Positions 7,734 to 10,443 of a stretch of DNA of 10,443 nucleotides are shown here, one piece after another. Position 1 is the stretch's first letter, and every line of letters begins with the position of its first letter. Origin of the DNA: a virus (Duplodnaviria > Heunggongvirae > Uroviricota > Caudoviricetes); the IMG/VR virus record IMGVR_UViG_2529292922_000021, positions 1 through 10,443 of that record. One strand, given 5' to 3'. Both the position numbers and the translations under genes were made by a program. The notes under the pieces are model-generated. The model was not told where the DNA came from, did no database searches, and saw only the letters and a program-made list of their open reading frames with translations.

Positions 7734-8842
7734 ATGACCGACACCACCATGCAATTGCTCAGTCAGGGCACAGACCCCGTGAAAATGCCGGATTTTGATA
7801 TTCTTGCGGAGGGTAAAACGCTGTCAGGCGTGGCAGAGCGCCTGATGAGCCTGTCACTGACCGACAACCGGGGATTTGAGGCGGACCAGCTCACCATCAC
7901 GCTGGATGATGCGGATGGTCAGTTGCAGCTACCGCCACGGGGCGCGCGCCTGACGGTTCTCATTGGCTGGAAAGGAGAACCGCTGACAGAAAAAGGCACT
8001 TACATTGTTGATGAAATCGCTCACGAAGGACCGCCGGACAGGCTGACTGTTTCAGCCAGAAGCGCAGATTTTCGGGATGAATTTAACGTTAAACGTGAGG
8101 TGTCCTGGCATGATGTGACCCTTGAGCGTGTGGTATCCGCCATCGCTCATCGGTATGGTCTGAAACCACAAATCAGCGAAATGCTGATGGATATCGAAAT
8201 CGACCACGCCGACCAGACCGAAGAAAGCGACATGTCCTTCCTTACGCGCATGGCGGAAATGCTGGGCGCAATCACCACGGTAAAAAGCGGTAATCTGTTA
8301 TTCATCATGCCAGGCGGTGGCGTGAACGCACAGGGCCAGCCGTTGCCCTCGTTCGCCATCACGCGCAGCAGTGGCGATCGCCATCAGTTCCGCATTGCTG
8401 ACCGCGAAGCGTATACGGGGGTACGCGCTTACTGGCTTGATCTTAATTACGGGAAAAAGAAAAAGTCAGCGTGAAACGCCGCAAACCGCCAAAACCCAAA
8501 AAGGAGAAAAGCAGCAGCCGTGAAGGTGATTATATGGAAGGCGCAGAAGGCAATGTGTTTGTGTTACGCAAGACTTATCAGAACGAGCAGGCAGCAAGAC
8601 GCGCAGCGGCGGCAAAGTGGCAGCAGCTACAACGCGGAGCCGCAGCGTTCTCCATCACACTGGCACGTGGACGCGCAGAACTCTACCCCGAAATGCATGG
8701 CACGGTAACAGGATTTAAAAGCGAAATTGATAATCAGGACTGGATTATTGCAAAAGCCGAGCACACCATTGATAACAGTGGCTTTACCACGCAGCTTGAG
8801 CTTGAAGCCAAAATCCCGGAATGGATAGCAGAAACAGAGTAA
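7734..8842 (+). pseudogene. D: P2 gpD-like tail protein (late control gene D), split by a frameshift in a lysine-codon A-tract
   Basis: ATG at 7734 with RBS GGGAGGG (7722-7728). The N-terminal part (to the TGA at 8472-8474) contains LSLTDNRGFEADQLTITLDDADG, VSARSADFRDEFNVKREVSWHDVTLERVVSAIAHR and FAITRSSGDRHQFRIADREAYTGV, resembling P2 gpD as recalled. The C-terminal part continues in another frame (8471-8842: REGDYMEGAEGNVFVL..FSITLARGRAELY..DNSGFTTQLELEA). The switch lies within GGGAAAAAGAAAAAG (8451-8465). Confidence 0.8.
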
Positions 8843-9036
8843 ACAACTTAGATGCATTAGCCCTGACATTTGCTAACGCGCTTACAGCAAGAATCATAAC
8901 CAATCTGACAGCCTACCCGGTGTCAAAATCAGAAGAGCCTTACATTAGAATATGTTAATTTGTAGCAAACAAATTTACACACAAATGATTACTGCTGAAA
9001 TAGCCCCCATAAATACCATGTCAAAGGATCCATGTT

Positions 9037-9702
9037 ATGAATATGCAAATTTTTATCGCACCAGCAGCCACAGTTGCTGCAGTCTGCCTTGCTGCATATT
9101 TTGCTTTACGAAATGAACGTAAAAAGAAAGCACTTGAGATTAGAACAACTCAACTAGATCGAATATCAGAGCTAGTAAACCGAGCATCTACCAATTTGAT
9201 GCAATATACAGGTACTCTTGCCTCTATACTGGAAGCGCACGCCAAAGATAATTATCTACCGAACAAAAAATTTGACATTAATGTAATTAGCAAATGGAAA
9301 GATTGCCTCGATGAGAGTGAGGTCTGGGCGATTGATAGACAGCAACTAAGAACATGTCAGCACAGTCTGGAGTTTCATCGTGAAAAAGAATGGGCTGAAT
9401 GGAAAAAAATAATTCCACCATTACTTGATAAAATTGACCAATTTTTTCTCATATCTAAGCCAGGGCAACCTGTTACGTTTATAAATGGCCAAAACAAAAC
9501 AGCTGATGAACTACTTGTTTTCTCAAGATATTTGAGAAAACAAACAGCAGAAATTGAATCAGTACGTCAGCTGTTACTTTCTCAAATGAGAGAGGAATTC
9601 ATCGAGTTAACTAGCTTTGAACCTGTCACAATGTTTAGCTTATTTAAATCAATAAAGAAAAATGTCATGCAATTTTTCTGTATCAGTGCTCTTAAAAATT
9701 GA
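9037..9702 (+). CDS. Hypothetical membrane-anchored protein of unknown function; low-GC cargo gene between D and ogr
   Basis: 221-aa ORF with RBS AAAGGA about 8 nt upstream. GC content is visibly far below the flanking phage genes. N-terminal hydrophobic helix IFIAPAATVAAVCLAAYFAL is followed by a charged, probably helical segment. No family recognised. Own AT-rich upstream region and a strong downstream terminator. Confidence 0.7.
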   Translation: MNMQIFIAPAATVAAVCLAAYFALRNERKKKALEIRTTQLDRISELVNRASTNLMQYTGTLASILEAHAKDNYLPNKKFDINVISKWKDCLDESEVWAIDRQQLRTCQHSLEFHREKEWAEWKKIIPPLLDKIDQFFLISKPGQPVTFINGQNKTADELLVFSRYLRKQTAEIESVRQLLLSQMREEFIELTSFEPVTMFSLFKSIKKNVMQFFCISALKN

Positions 9703-9717
9703 CGCTCTGTTGCAAGC

Positions 9718-9747
9718 AACCCCAGTGTTAAACTGGGGTTATTCTTG
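9718..9747 (+). terminator. Rho-independent terminator of the cargo gene
   Basis: Perfect 9-bp stem AACCCCAGT (9718-9726) / ACTGGGGTT (9732-9740) with a 5-nt loop GTTAA, followed by ATTCTTG. Confidence 0.6.
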
Positions 9748-9851
9748 CTAAGAGACCTTTCTACGGCATCAGTAAACAAAACGAACTATCAGTTGGAGTC
9801 TGAGCAAGTTCAGCCTAAACTAGCGACAGCACTACGTTAAGGGAGGTCGCT

Positions 9852-10112
9852 ATGTTCCGTTGTCCGCTTTGTGGCGCATCTGCCCGTATCCGCACCAGTC
9901 GTCCGGAAAATGATTCAAACACCGTGCGGCAAAAGTATTACCAGTGTAACAACCTGGAATGCGGCGTATGCTTCTCAACACTGGAAGCTTTCCATAAATT
10001 CACATCGAAACACGCCTCCGGCATCCACTCTTCAGAAGATATCCCGTGGCATGAGCTGCCAGCTTCACACAGGGGAAACAATCAGATGAGCTTGCCTTTA
10101 CCTCAGAATTAA
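9852..10112 (+). CDS. ogr: Ogr/Delta-family zinc-finger late transcription activator
   Basis: 86-aa ORF with RBS GGGAGG (9841-9846). N-terminus MFRCPLCG..(x24)..CNNLEC gives the Cys4 C-x2-C-x24-C-x4-C arrangement; overall resemblance to P2 Ogr as recalled. Sits downstream of D, as in P2. Confidence 0.85.
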   Translation: MFRCPLCGASARIRTSRPENDSNTVRQKYYQCNNLECGVCFSTLEAFHKFTSKHASGIHSSEDIPWHELPASHRGNNQMSLPLPQN

Positions 10113-10121
10113 CAGGCAGAA

Positions 10122-10150
10122 TTGCCGGAGTAACAAAAAAGCGATAGATT
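10122..10150 (+). promoter_or_regulatory. Putative sigma70 promoter for the mok/hok transcript (TTGCCG, 17-nt spacer, TAGATT)
   Basis: -35-like TTGCCG (10122-10127), 17-nt spacer, -10-like TAGATT (10145-10150), placed about 20 nt upstream of the mok-like start codon. Motif match only. Confidence 0.25.
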
Positions 10151-10172
10151 ACGCGCGGGTGCCTTTCGGCTG

Positions 10173-10385
10173 ATGGTCGGAGGGAATACCCGAAGGCCAG
10201 ATGTGGAAAGGCCCCGGAAAACATCTCTGTTTAACCGAGGCCCTAACCGCATTACCTTGACAAGTGAAAGGTTAGCGCCTCTCCGGAAAAGGAGCAAGTG
10301 CTATGTCGCAAAAATCGCTTACGGCCATCACGTTCTGCGTGACGGCAATCCTCATCATCTGGATGTTGCACGGTTCGCTGTGTGA
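10173..10385 (+). CDS. mok: mok-like overlapping leader ORF (modulation of killing) of a hok-family type I toxin locus
   Basis: 70-aa ORF that starts upstream of the hok-like gene, overlaps most of it in a different frame and ends inside it. This is the arrangement of mok relative to hok in hok/sok loci; the protein sequence itself is not diagnostic. Confidence 0.3.
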   Translation: MVGGNTRRPDVERPRKTSLFNRGPNRITLTSERLAPLRKRSKCYVAKIAYGHHVLRDGNPHHLDVARFAV

Positions 10386-10443
10386 AATACGGATGAGCTT
10401 CTGGGGAGCGGAGTTTGCGGCGTTCTTACAGTGTAAGCAGTAA
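10303..10443 (+). CDS. hok: Hok/Gef-family type I toxin (small membrane-depolarising peptide), hokA-like
   Basis: 46-aa ORF missing from the ORF track (below its size cutoff). MSQKSLTAITFCVTAILIIWMLHGSLCEIRMSFWGAEFAAFLQCKQ has an N-terminal TM helix followed by the Hok signature SLCEIR and an AAFL..CK tail, resembling E. coli HokA as recalled. SD GGAG (10291-10294) lies in a potential CUCC/GGAG hairpin. Confidence 0.8.
   Translation: MSQKSLTAITFCVTAILIIWMLHGSLCEIRMSFWGAEFAAFLQCKQ

Noticed and set aside
8147-8869. ORFs 8147-8362 (-), 8520-8708 (+) and 8627-8869 (-) within gpD
   Set aside because: Out-of-frame or antisense overlaps of the gpD coding sequence.
9582-10297. ORFs 9582-9779 (-), 9871-10089 (+), 10000-10224 (-) and 10109-10297 (-)
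   Set aside because: They overlap the cargo-gene 3' end and terminator, ogr, or the hok leader, on the wrong strand or frame. No supporting signals; any antisense Sok RNA would be non-coding and cannot be placed from these ORFs.
1-10443. CRISPR arrays, tRNA or rRNA genes
   Set aside because: No regularly spaced direct repeats and no tRNA-like cloverleaf candidates were seen; nothing supports such a call.

Overview
The window reads as the tail/late-control arm of a P2-like (Peduovirus-type) prophage that has been rearranged and is partly decayed. All calls rest on protein-family recognition from the translated ORFs and on motifs read directly from the sequence; no database search was run. From left to right: a Pin/Gin-family serine invertase (1-600); an IS110-family insertion (DEDD transposase 1036-2112, with about 435 bp of non-coding DNA upstream) that abuts the 3' end of the tail gene U; the tail block FI (sheath), FII (tube), E/E' (with a conserved TTTTTTG -1 frameshift site), T (tape measure) and U, all on the minus strand; gpD on the plus strand, split by a frameshift in a lysine-rich A-tract; a low-GC cargo gene between D and ogr encoding a 221-aa N-terminally membrane-anchored protein of unknown function, with its own terminator; the Ogr zinc-finger late activator; and a hok/mok-like type I toxin locus running to the window edge. 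The most interesting candidates are the D-ogr cargo gene (possible undescribed phage-exclusion function), the IS110 element with a probable bridge-RNA region, and the apparent inversion of the FI-U block with the IS at one breakpoint.
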